DNA of 64,000 nucleotides from Selaginella moellendorffii. Taxonomy: Eukaryota > Plantae > Lycopodiophyta. Position numbers and translations under genes: made by a program. The notes beneath the pieces are model-generated. The model did not search any database and was not told where the DNA came from. It worked only from the letters and a program-made list of their open reading frames with translations. Shown here piece after piece: positions 45,545 through 56,757 of the stretch. Numbering within the stretch: the stretch's first letter is position 1; each line of letters starts with the position of its first letter. Location: NCBI RefSeq assembly GCF_000143415.4, contig NW_003314294.1:982416-1046415 (forward strand). The letters run 5' to 3'.

Positions 45545-47294
45545 TTGGGCTCTCTTCCTGGCGAGCTGGTGCCATACGTGACAATTGCTCGGTCCGAGAC
45601 TCCATTTCGCTTCACAAGAGAACGAGAGCGCAAGTAAGCTCATCGATTCTTAGCACCTTGGAAATTTACTCTTCTCTCTCGCAATGAATTGATCGATTGC
45701 AATGCTACAGGTATGGACCAGTGTTCAAGACGAGCTTGCTGACGGGCAAGACTATCATGATCACTGATGTGGAGGGTGTCAAGTTTGTTCTCCACAACGA
45801 GGGTGTTCTCTTCGAGACGGGCTATCCCCAATCGCTCAAGGATGTCCTGGGCGAGCGCGCGATGCTCTTCCATCACGGTGACTTGCAAAAGAGAATGCAC
45901 GCCATGCTAAAGAGGTTTGTGAGCTCCACGCCCCTCAAGAAGTATCTCACGCGAGAGATGGAACTCCTCACTAAGCAAGGCATGAGTACGTGGAGCAGAG
46001 GCCAAAGGATTCTTCTCCAGGACGAGATCCAAAGGGTTACTACCTGAACATTTTCTCTGAAGTTTGATCACAAATCCTTTCGTTTTTATTTCAGATCACC
46101 CACGACTTTTTGATGAAGCAATTGTTTGGATTGGAGCCTGGCAAGCTTTCCACAACCATATTGGAAGAGTTTAACACCCTCATGGCGGGGATCATTGGTG
46201 TTCCTATGATGATTCCAGGGACTCCATACTTCAAAGCAATGAAGGTACTCTTACATTTTTTTATATTTCAAAACTTTAAATTCTTCTTTCAAAATCAGGC
46301 AAGGGAGAAGCTGTCCCAGATTATAATGGATATGGTGGCTGCTCGAAGGGCCAGACCAGACATAGAGCACAAAGACATCCTCAATGCATTGATCGAAGAA
46401 GTGAAAGAAGAAGATGGTGATGTGGAGAAGATTATAATCGACAATGTTTTGGTCAACATTGCAAATGCAGAGGGTATTCCGGCAATCGTCATTGCTTTTG
46501 CTGTGAAAAACTTATCAGAAACTCCCAAAGCACTCGAGCACATCAGAGTAAGAAAATTCCATTCCAAGATTCTCTAGATCCTTAACTTTCCAGAATCTCT
46601 AATGCAGGAAGAGAACCTTGCAATCAAGAGGGGAAAAGATTCGAATGAAGGCCTTTCTTGGAATGACTACATGTCTTTAGAGTTCACCCAAGCTGTAAGT
46701 TTTTTCTCTTTAAATTATGTATTGAGAAAGAATTCAGGTTTTTAACGAGACACTTCGTCTTGCCAATGGAGCTCAAGGAGTAATGCGGAAAGCCCTCAAA
46801 GACGTGGAATACAGAGGTAATTCACAATTTAAGAATCCACTAGTCTAACACTCCATGGAAATTCATTCAAGGTTACATAATTCCCAAGGGCTGGACAGTG
46901 CTTCCTTATTTTCTCAACATCCACTTCGATGAAAATATGTTTCCAAATCCAACTAAGTTCCACCCATGGCGCTGGCTAGAGGTAAAGATTATGACTTCTC
47001 ACAAATTACGTTTTATTCTCCTACTTATCAGAAAAACATTCCATCAACTTATGTGCTTCCTTTTGGTGGTGGGTCGAGATTGTGTCCGGGCCAAGAGCTT
47101 GCTAGAGTCCAGACTGCAGTGTTTCTTCACCATTTCGTCACGCAGTTCAAGTATAATTTATCTTTTCTGGTTAAACATTTCATTAACAACATAATGTATT
47201 GAACAGATGGGATGCAGAGCCAGAAACGGTGATCAACTTTCCGAAGATCAGCACCAGAAACCATGTCCCAGTTGTGCTGTACGATCTACACTAA
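45545..47294 (+). CDS. Cytochrome P450, clan 85 (CYP90-like), multi-exon; N-terminal anchor not found, possibly 5'-truncated
   Basis: K|YGPVFKTSLL, ETLR, YIIPKGW, PTKFHPWRW, heme motif FGGGSRLCPGQELA, and many short introns. Confidence 0.82.
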
Positions 47295-48560
47295 TTAGTA
47301 TGGACTCGTGTACCAAGGTTTTGGACCACCAACAACAAGGATCAAAGTGAAGAAGATGGTTTTTATGTCAAGGACTTAGGAGGGATCTAAGGAATTATGA
47401 TTGTGAGGACAATTTCCGGAATAATCACAGGAATGGGACTGCTGTAAGGTTCTTTGAGGAGCTAGAAACACTAGGGCTCTTGCTTAAAAAGATCTGTATC
47501 TCTCAAGACGTAAGAAGTGCCATGAGGCCCCAAGAAACGAATACCAACTTTTTTTTGGCATGAGTTCTAGGGTAAAATAGTGATGTTTTCGGTCGATTCG
47601 ACGATCAGTGCTGTTGGAAGCGTTGGCCTCTTTTCCTCAAGTTTGGAGAGCAAGTGCACGAAAGCACTCTCCCAAGAGAACCCGCAACACAAGACAGAAA
47701 TACTGCAGGTAATTCAGAGAGACCGAGTGCATGGATCCGGACTGATTTCTTTTCTCATCTCGCAGGAGCTTCGCAACATCAGGGTGGAGCTCCAGAAGGA
47801 CAACGAGATCAAAAAGCGCTTCCATGATAATCTAATGTGGGGTCTTGGGACTTATGTAGTATTGTGTGTGATTGCGACTTTGACGGATTATGTCAGTGAC
47901 TTTCAAGGTTCCGATCTCTACATGTTCTTCTTTTTATATGAAGCATACATACATCCAATGAAAAAATCATGTGTTCCTCTAATCTTCATCTGCTTATTCT
48001 AAGTACAAGAAGGAACGTCAAGGTCTATGATAAGCTCTGAGGGAAGTATGCCGCAAGCAAGCGCTTTGCACCGGGTGAAACTTAGCATTAATTCTTTCTA
48101 GTAAGCAGTATGTCTCCCCGAAGAAACCAACGAAGTAGCGAAGCTGAAAGAGCTCAGTACGTCCGAGACATATGCAAAGCGAAAGAGCTCGTTTTCTGAG
48201 TCTTTGTGTTACAAAGTGACTCTCTTTCTCTTCTTTCTTATCGCTTTGAGTGTGGGCTCAGTGAAGTGTCGCAGCAGTGCAAGCAAAGGTACTACTGAAT
48301 TTTGTTTTTTCACTTTCCGTATTCCGTGTTCGAGCCTAACAATGCTTTCTGTAGTGCTTATAAGTACAAGAGACAAAGAGGAGGGGGTTTCTAGCGTCTC
48401 CACTATCATAAATAACGTCCAAGCGAAGAAAAGGTCTGTGCCGCTATAGCGTTTGACAGAGGTGATCTTTGATCTTTAGAGGCGAGCCAGGCGGCCATCC
48501 GTTGTCAAAGATATGTTTCAAGCGTCAGTGGCTTCCGAATCTGGGCTGCTGTCTTGAACC

Positions 48561-50524
48561 TTACGCCGATTCCTGCAGCAAAGCCCGGACAGGGATCACC
48601 TCGACAACACTCAAAAGGAAAAGAGAGGCAGGCATCAAACCGTACTTGTGGAATGACGACGACAAGGCGGCCCAGCTCCGACTGTTCATGAAAGGGAGAG
48701 CTACCAAGTAGACGATAAAAGCAGCGTAGAGACAGACGAGAATTCCCACGAGCAGCAGGATCAATATGGATCGGATCGCACTGTGGAGCAGAAACACGGC
48801 TAAGAGATAAAAGTTGATGACGACAACGAGTAGCGCAATCAGACCCGCGGCAGCCTGCACGACCACGCATCATGCGTCAAACAGGAGAAGACGTAAGAAT
48901 CCAACCTTGAGGAGGCCACCGATTCTAAACGACCCCATGATCCGCTCGTTGTCAACGAAAGTTAGCAGCGGGATGAGCGCAAACGGAAGCTGGATGGACT
49001 GGAGAACGTTGAGCCACTCGTTGAGCTGGTCGAGCTCGTTATCGGAGCTGTCGAACGCCAGAGCGACGATGATAGTCGGAACGATGGCCACGCTGCGAGT
49101 TACCATGACTCGGATCCACTTCCGGATACGCAGGTTGAGGAAGCCGGCCATGACGAACTGTCCGGTGTAGGTGCTGGTCATGGTGCTGCTCTGCCCGGCC
49201 GCGAGGAGGCCCGCGGCCCAGATATACTTGATGGGGAAGTTGGAGCCGCCGTAGGCATGCTGGAGGTACTCACCGGCGTTGGCGAGGCCGATGTGTTGAG
49301 CGCCGGGCTTGCCGTAGAAGCTCTTGGCGAAGACGGACATGATGAAGACGTTGATGAGGAAGGAGAGGACGATGGCGATGGTGGACTCGATGGAGTAGTA
49401 GCGGAGGGCGTCGCGGACGTGGACCTTGTTGCTCGTGTCGATGGCCCGGGACTGGACGAGGGCCGAGTGGAGGAAGATGTTGTGGGGCATGATGACGCAG
49501 CCGACGATCCCGACGGCCTTGTCGATCGCGTTTGCTGGGACTCTGGGGATCACCAGTCCTGATCGCCATCCAGGAAAAGAGATGAGAAGCGAAGCTTGCC
49601 ACCTAGAAGAACTCTAGAGAAGAACTAGAACTCTAGCGAAGAACTTGAAGAACTAACTTGAAGAACTCTAAAGAAGAACTCGTGAGAAGACGAACAACTC
49701 TAGCGAAGAACTCGAGAGAAGAACACGTAGAACTCTAGCGAATTCGAAGAAGTACGTACCCGAGATGATGGCATTGGAGCTGGGCTGGGCTTCTGCAAAA
49801 ACTCCCGCGAAGGACAGTCCCATGATCAAGATGAGGACAGCAAACAGGGCCTCGAGCTTGCGCACGCCAAAATTCTCGAGGAAGAGGAACAAGAAGCTGC
49901 GCATGAAAATCTGTGAAGCCTCGAGAGATCGATCCAGCAAAGAGGACAAGGAAGAAAGAAGGAAAATCTCTTCTTTTTTCTTCTTTCTTACCCGTAGATC
50001 CCAGTCATGAGCACTCCAGCCCAGAGGTGGATGTATCCCCGGGACAAGATCTTAAACGCGATAGCGCTGCCAATCACTTCCTGGATATCGGCGCCGATGA
50101 TCGCGACCTCGGTCATGATCCATAGTACGATCTTGGTGCTGGACGGGTACTCTTCCCGGCAGAGCTCGGCGAGATGGGATCCAGTGGCGACGCCGAGGCG
50201 CGCGGCCAGGAGCTGGATCAAGAGGCCCATGGCGGTGGCGAGGAGGAGGAGCCAGAGGAGGTAGTAGCCCGCCTGGGCGCCCACCTGGAGATCGCTCTCG
50301 ATGTTTCCCGGGTCCAGGTACGCAATGCTCATCAGGAATCCCGGCCCCATGAAGATCCACAGCTTGCGCCACGAGAAATTGGGCTGCTCGCCATCGCCCT
50401 GGCCGCCAGGATCGACATCACCGACGCGCACGAGCTCCGATTTCTCGTACGCGCGCTCCTCTGCTGCTGGAGCGTCGTCGCGCGCCCGGAATTGCGATAG
50501 CAAAGGAGCGCTCTCGTCTCCCAT
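48561..50524 (-). CDS. NRAMP: NRAMP metal transporter (NRAMP2/3/4-like), multi-exon; N-terminal ESAPLL dileucine motif
   Basis: [68 protein letters not shown]. Confidence 0.95.
49603..49752. repeat. degenerate GAAGAACTCTAG-type minisatellite inside an NRAMP intron
   Basis: Roughly ten imperfect gaagaact(ctag) units expand this intron to ~200 bp. Confidence 0.7.
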
Positions 50525-50638
50525 TGCGCGAGCAGTAAAACCCTATCTTTTCCTCCACTCTGTTTTACATTCCAAGAATATTCTTATTTATAAAAACTTT
50601 ATCTGTAGCTGAGAGGAATCGAGCCTGTGACCAAACTA

Positions 50639-52945
50639 TTATCTGATATTTTCAAACTTTGGCAATTGACACGGCTCCCAGTGGAAGAAATCCATATGAT
50701 CAAGTTCTCCTCCACGATTGGTGAAGTTAGCCCACACCATTTGAACTGGAGCTTGGGCAATGGCGGTGAGAAGTTCTTGAGCCTCAAAGCCCAATCCTCC
50801 ACGATGCAGCAAATCCACAATGCAGTAGTAGTGCTGGATCGTGGGCGCCGCGAAGAAATCGCCACTGATCGACAAGAAGCAAACTCTCGCGCGCTTAGAT
50901 TCACCCCTCCGGCTGCACGAGATCAGGCAAGAGGTGAAGCAGCTCTCGTCTGGATCCATTCCTTCCACCGCCATCGCTCCAATCAGATCGCCCAGCGCTA
51001 CTCGCGATTCTTTGGCTGTGGCGTGTGCTCCAAGCACCGCGCTCCATGCTATGGCGTCTCTCTCGGGCATGCGATCGAAGAGTTTGCTAGCAATATACAA
51101 ATCCCCATTCCGGGCATTTGCTAAGAGAATCGCTGTCCACGAAACTCCATCTCTGATTGGCATTGAATCAAAAAAATATTGGGCGCTGGCAACATCACCC
51201 ATCGCTCCCCATCCCCCAAGAAGCGTATTCCACGCAAAAATATCAATCTCAGGCATCGCATCAAAGAGATTCTTGGCTTGATCTAAATGCCCGTTCCGGG
51301 CATATCCTGCTAGCATCGCATTCCACGTGTACAGGTGCCTTTGCGGCATGCTATCAAACAGCGCCACCGCGGCATCCAGCATGTTGTTGGCGACGTAGGC
51401 TGCCAGCAGGGCCGTCCACGTCACCTGGTCACGCTCTGCCATGTCAGCGAACACTCTCCCAGCGTCATCAAGATGCCCAGCCCGGGCATATGCTGTAAGC
51501 ATTACATTCCAGGTGACTAGATCACGCTCGAGCATCTTCTCAAAGATTCTTTTACACTCGTCTATAAGACCTAGTTGCGAGTAGCCATTCAGTATGGTGT
51601 TCCAGCTGACGAGATCGAGCTGCTCTTGCTGCCCACGAATTTCTTCCAGGATTTGCTCAAATCGATCCAAATCCCCAGCATCAGCGCACGCAGCTGCCAT
51701 GGCCGTGCACGAGGCGAGATCGTGCCGCGGCATTGCCAAGAACATCGATCGCGCTTCCTGGAATTGGCGCCTATGGATTTGGGCGGAGATTACTACCGTC
51801 CAGGAGACCACATCTCGCAGAGGCATCGCATAGAACAGACACAGGACCTGGTAGAGATGCCCGTGCTGCGCGAACAGCGAGAGCATCGAATTCCAAGCGA
51901 TGAGATTGTGATGGGGCATCTGATCGAAAAATCGCTTGCCCTGCTCGACATCGCCGATCCGGATGTGCATTGCCAGCATCGAGTTCCAAGACGCCAGATC
52001 ACGCTCTGGCATCGCTTCAAACAAATGAGTAGCTTCTTCCAGATGCCCGAGATCGGCATATGCGGACAATATCGAGTTCCAAGAGATCAAATTCCGCTCC
52101 GGAATGTAATAGACGAAGAGGACCCTCGCCTTTTCCAGATTCCGGGTTTGTATGTACGCTGCCAGTATCGCATTGTAGGAGACGATATTCCGGCCAGGCA
52201 TAATGGTCAGGAGATCTTCCGCATCGGAAAGATGGCCGAATTGGCCATATGCGGTCAGGATTGTGTTGTACGAGATCACATCTCTTTCCGCCATGGAATT
52301 GAACAGCAAGTGAGCTTTCGCTATTTGCCCATTCTGGGCATATGCAGCAAGCATGGCATTCCATGACACGAGATTCCACCCTGGAATCTCATCAAACATC
52401 CTGGCCGCTACATCCAGGTTGCCATTCTGTGCGTATGCGTTTAGGATTGACGTCCACGATACAACATTCCGTTCTGGAAGAGAATCAAAGATCTTTCTCG
52501 CCTTCTCAAGATCCCGGCTTCTGGCATAAGCAACAAGCACAGTGTTCCAGGAGATCAAATCTCGCAGCGGCATTTCAGCGAATACCATTTCTGCTCGGTG
52601 GAGATTGCCGCTCGCTGCATACGCAGCAATCATCTCTGTGCAGGAGAAGCAATTCCATTCTGGCATCGCGCGAAAGACTTCCTCCGCGCGGCCCAGATCG
52701 CCGTTCCGGCCATACGCAGAGAGGAGGAGCGTCCAAGAGAAGAAGTTCTTGTGGCGGATGGAGTCGAAGATCTCGCGCGCGCGCTGTGAGCTCCCGAATT
52801 TTCCATACATCTCGATGAGACGATTGGAGAGAAAGGTGTCGCAATCCCTGCCAGAGAATTGCACCTGCGATGCCACATCGATTTCTTTTGCCCTCGAGTA
52901 GCAATGGCAGCTCTTGATGAGCTGCAGACACTCTTCTCTGCCCAT
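50639..52945 (-). CDS. PLS-class PPR protein, intronless
   Basis: Long array of SWN.ML.AYAQ.G repeats, N-terminal DTFLSNRLIEMYGKFG and C-terminal HYYCIVDLL. Confidence 0.9.
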   Translation of the reverse strand: MGREECLQLIKSCHCYSRAKEIDVASQVQFSGRDCDTFLSNRLIEMYGKFGSSQRAREIFDSIRHKNFFSWTLLLSAYGRNGDLGRAEEVFRAMPEWNCFSCTEMIAAYAASGNLHRAEMVFAEMPLRDLISWNTVLVAYARSRDLEKARKIFDSLPERNVVSWTSILNAYAQNGNLDVAARMFDEIPGWNLVSWNAMLAAYAQNGQIAKAHLLFNSMAERDVISYNTILTAYGQFGHLSDAEDLLTIMPGRNIVSYNAILAAYIQTRNLEKARVLFVYYIPERNLISWNSILSAYADLGHLEEATHLFEAMPERDLASWNSMLAMHIRIGDVEQGKRFFDQMPHHNLIAWNSMLSLFAQHGHLYQVLCLFYAMPLRDVVSWTVVISAQIHRRQFQEARSMFLAMPRHDLASCTAMAAACADAGDLDRFEQILEEIRGQQEQLDLVSWNTILNGYSQLGLIDECKRIFEKMLERDLVTWNVMLTAYARAGHLDDAGRVFADMAERDQVTWTALLAAYVANNMLDAAVALFDSMPQRHLYTWNAMLAGYARNGHLDQAKNLFDAMPEIDIFAWNTLLGGWGAMGDVASAQYFFDSMPIRDGVSWTAILLANARNGDLYIASKLFDRMPERDAIAWSAVLGAHATAKESRVALGDLIGAMAVEGMDPDESCFTSCLISCSRRGESKRARVCFLSISGDFFAAPTIQHYYCIVDLLHRGGLGFEAQELLTAIAQAPVQMVWANFTNRGGELDHMDFFHWEPCQLPKFENIR

Positions 52946-54499
52946 ACAAAGAAGAGCTCCACATTTCTTTCTTCTGACTTTAGCTACCAAGAGTTTCCCA
53001 ATAGAAAATATCAATGGGAAGAATTTAGATGTTCACAATCACTTTTTTGTTTTTTTAGATGAAGATGAGCAATAATGTTAGGTTTTTCTACTATGTATAT
53101 TTTATTTCAATAGCTATATTTTAGAATATATATATATATACAATGCATTTATGGAATTATACTAGTGTTCAATTTATGTTCATAAGCTGAAAGTTTCTCT
53201 GAAGATTCATCTAGCTAAAGTTTGATAATTGTAAAGTTTATTATGCTTAATAAAATATTTAAATCTTCCACTTTCAAGATTTAATTTTTTTCTTACATTT
53301 AGAGAAAGTATAAAAATGTATAAAAAACTAAAATTAATAAAGCATTTTACCCTAAATTGTTTCTAAAGTAAAATTATGCATGCCAAAAAAATATTAATCT
53401 CATATTACTTTTTGAATTGTGGCTTTCAATATTGTTAAATCCCTCTCACTCAAATACTATAATATATTTATGACAACTTTTAAGTTAAAAATGCCATATG
53501 TTTATAACAAAGATTACACTTTATATTTATAATGATGATATTGTTATATATGTTTTTACTTATAATATTTAAATAAAATATAAAAGATTTAATTTCAATC
53601 TTTTACACATTTTGCTAAAATTTTTGCTAGCCTATTAACAATAAAAAAAAAAAAAAATTTATAATTGCAACACTTCTTTTTATTTCATTTGTTAAAGTAG
53701 TACACACCTTTTTACAGGTTAATCCTCACTTATTAATTTAATCAAACTTTTGAATGCTGTCCAATAAAAAATAATTATATATGAAAAAATTTCAGGTTTT
53801 TCTGATTACAAAATGACTAAATATCTTTTTAGATTCTTCTTTTGATCTATTTTAGAGTTTCATCTTCAGCACTTTTTTTCTTCACAAACTTATTAAAGAT
53901 ATATAAATTTCACATTACAATTTAATTTTAAATTATTTATTTATTTTTAGAAAGAATATGAAGATACTTGTCTTCAAAGTACATATAAGAAGATCATAAC
54001 TTTATCTTTTATTTTGCTAACATAAACCATTTCAATGAGCATTATTTCATTATGTAACTTTCGATTTGATATATTTTTGTCATTATTGCCATTACCATCA
54101 GGCATGCAAACCATTCTTTAAAACATTACTAAAATATTAAATATTTTTGAGAACATGAATGTATCAAACATTTATTTAATTATTTAATTAAATATGTCAC
54201 ATATAATTATTTTAATGGACTTAAGTGAACCCATAAATTTTCTTAAAAATCTGTATATAGCCATTATCTTCAAAATACATTTATTGGGCTAGTTTGCCCA
54301 TTCTAGGTAGTAACAACTTTACTCAGGTTATTAATTTATTTATCCCATAAATGATAAAAATAAATTAAATACATTTTAAAAAAATTATATATTATTTAAA
54401 AATTATTTAATTTTCTAAGCATATTTAATAGCATATTTGACCTATTAAAACTAACCAACTTCTAATATTTTAGAACTTAATTATTTATTATTCTCTGCT

Positions 54500-54925
54500 G
54501 GTTTGCAACTTGCCACTTGCAGCAAGTTTTCTTGAGAGCAATCTTCTCTCGAATTCCCTTCAAAAGAATAAATCCTAGTTCGCCCACCAGGCCTACACGG
54601 CATACCAAAGTATTGACATCCAGCTCGCAAAAGCTTGAAGCTCAGCCGTTGCTGCCACCAGATCGGCTGCGTCGCCACGGCCTTGCCTGCGAGGTCGATG
54701 AGCGAATCTGCGAATCAGCTCCTTGAATTTTATCGTGTCAAGAACGGGGAAGTCCTGCGTGCCCGGAGAGGATGAACTCGGATGGAGACGAAGATCTCGC
54801 GCGCGCTCTGGGATCCCGATACAATCTCGATGAGGCGATTGGAGAGAAAGGTGTCGCGATCCCTGCCATGGAAAGGTTGCCGCATCCATCGCACCTCTTG
54901 ATAAGCTCCTCCCTAGAATCCCAAG
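54500..54925 (-). pseudogene. degenerate copy of the 5' end of the PPR gene at 50639-52945
   Basis: atctcgatgaggcgattggagagaaaggtgtcgcgatccctgcca matches ~52810-52853. Frameshifted. Confidence 0.75.
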
Positions 54926-54945
54926 AAAAAGAGAATATCAAGAAC

Positions 54946-56733
54946 TTAGCTGCCATCGCTAGCAAAAACTCTGGAGAGTGAAAGATAAGCCGAAGAATCG
55001 TTGGAATCCACGTCCAGGAGAGCCATCGCAGCTCGAGCTTCACGAATGGGATCGTTGTAAATCCTCGACGCGCTCACCAGGCTCGCTAGCGCAACATCAC
55101 TGGGCGAAAATGGCATGGAATCGATCAAATCCTCCGCAGTTTGAAGCTTCCCAGCGCGGCCGAGCGCATCAACCAAGCAGCAGTAGTGCTCCACCAGAGG
55201 TGTCAGCTCAAAATCGAGAATCAGAGTAACGAAATAGTTCCGGGCCTCGCGAACAAGCCCGATGTGGCTGCAAGCCACCAAAACACTCGAAAACGTCATC
55301 TCGTCAATGCGAGAGCCATGAAGAACCATGTTGTGAAAGATTCCATGGGCCTCTCGCGGATACCCCTTGTGGGCATATGCCGCGATCATAAGATTCCAAG
55401 AGATTATATTCCTCTCCGGAGTATCATCGAAGTAAAGCCTAGCTTTCTCAACGTTTCCAACCTCACCATAGACAAATATCATGATGTTCCACGACACGAG
55501 ATTCCTCTCGGGTATCTTCTCAAACAAGTCCTTGGCCAAGGGAATATCCCCGTTCTGGGCATATGCTGTGTACATGGCATTCCAGGTGACGAGATTCTTC
55601 CCAGGCATGGTCGCAAATATCCTCTTGGCATCTTCCAGATCCCCTTCTCTAGATGCGGCCGTTAGCATCGCAGTGTAGGAGTAAACGTTCCTTCTTTCCG
55701 GGTTGGACGAGAACATTCGCTGGGCCTCATGGTAATGGCCATTCTCCGCGTATCCGACGATCATGGCCGTCCAGCTCACCACATCCCAGCCGCTCATTCG
55801 CGCAAACACGGCCTTGGCCTCCTCGAGGCGGGAATTTTGAATGTAGCTCTGGAGCATGGACGTCCAGGATACAACGCAGCGATCCAACGGCGTGGAATCG
55901 AAGAGGGCTTTGGCGTCCGGGAGGGAGGAAGGGCTCTTGGCTATGGCTTGGGTCATGGCGGTCCAGGAGACGATGTCGAATTGGGGCTGCCGGGAGAAGA
56001 TCGATCGCGCCTCTTCGATCCGGCCGCCTTGCGCGTAGGCGGATGCAAGGGCAGTGTAGGACAGGAGATCGCGGTTCTTCATCGAGTCGAAGACGATCTT
56101 GCCTTGATCGATCTGGCCGTGGCGCAGGTAGCCGTGGAGCATCAGCGTCCAAGCGATGTCGTCCTTCTCCGGCATTGCGTCGAAGATCGCCTTTGCGGCT
56201 TCCAGATGCCCTCCCAGCGCGTATTCTTTGAAGATCGTCGTCCAGGAGATGATTCCCCAGAAGGGCATTCGATCGAGAAAGCCTCTGGATTCGTGGAGCA
56301 GGCCGCCCAGGGCGTAGGCTCGGATCATGATATTCCAGGTGATATCGTCCTTCTGGGGCATGGCATCGAAGAGAGATTTCGCCTCCTCCGGATTCCCAGT
56401 GTGGGCAAATGCCGTCAAGAGCGCGTTCCACAGCACGATGTCCGTCCCCGGCACAAGAAAGAAGAGATTCTTGGCGTCCTGGATGGCGCCGCCGTGGATG
56501 CATCCAGTGAGCATGTTGTTCCAGGTGAAGACGTTGCGAGATCTCATCCGGTGGAAGGTCTTCCAGGCATTCTCCACGCTGCCGCATTTGCCGTAGCTGA
56601 GGAGCAGGAGATTGGTGAGATAGGTGTCGTCGCGGAAGCCATTCTCGATGATCTTGGCGTGCGCGGCGCGGCATTCTGCCAGGCTCTTGATATTTCGGGT
56701 GATCGTCGCGAGAAATCTTCGATCCAAGCTCAT
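54946..56733 (-). CDS. PLS-class PPR-E protein, intronless
   Basis: PPR repeats and E domain HYCCLVDALGRAGKLQTAEDLIDSMPFSP...SSAYLSLSRVF. Confidence 0.92.
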   Translation of the reverse strand: MSLDRRFLATITRNIKSLAECRAAHAKIIENGFRDDTYLTNLLLLSYGKCGSVENAWKTFHRMRSRNVFTWNNMLTGCIHGGAIQDAKNLFFLVPGTDIVLWNALLTAFAHTGNPEEAKSLFDAMPQKDDITWNIMIRAYALGGLLHESRGFLDRMPFWGIISWTTIFKEYALGGHLEAAKAIFDAMPEKDDIAWTLMLHGYLRHGQIDQGKIVFDSMKNRDLLSYTALASAYAQGGRIEEARSIFSRQPQFDIVSWTAMTQAIAKSPSSLPDAKALFDSTPLDRCVVSWTSMLQSYIQNSRLEEAKAVFARMSGWDVVSWTAMIVGYAENGHYHEAQRMFSSNPERRNVYSYTAMLTAASREGDLEDAKRIFATMPGKNLVTWNAMYTAYAQNGDIPLAKDLFEKIPERNLVSWNIMIFVYGEVGNVEKARLYFDDTPERNIISWNLMIAAYAHKGYPREAHGIFHNMVLHGSRIDEMTFSSVLVACSHIGLVREARNYFVTLILDFELTPLVEHYCCLVDALGRAGKLQTAEDLIDSMPFSPSDVALASLVSASRIYNDPIREARAAMALLDVDSNDSSAYLSLSRVFASDGS

Positions 56734-56757
56734 GCGCTACCTCCTAGGGTTTGGACG

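Noticed and set aside
47580-48450. Possible spliced coiled-coil fragments (KTEILQ|ELRNIRVELQKDNEIKKRF)
   Set aside because: Splice-like signals are present, but there is no start, end or family assignment.
53050-54490. Very AT-rich tract as a possible transposon
   Set aside because: No TIR, LTR, Helitron terminus or ORF visible.
55729-56757. N-terminal 343 aa of the 755-aa plus-strand ORF
   Set aside because: Antisense read-through of the PPR CDS; PORR similarity begins only after 56758.
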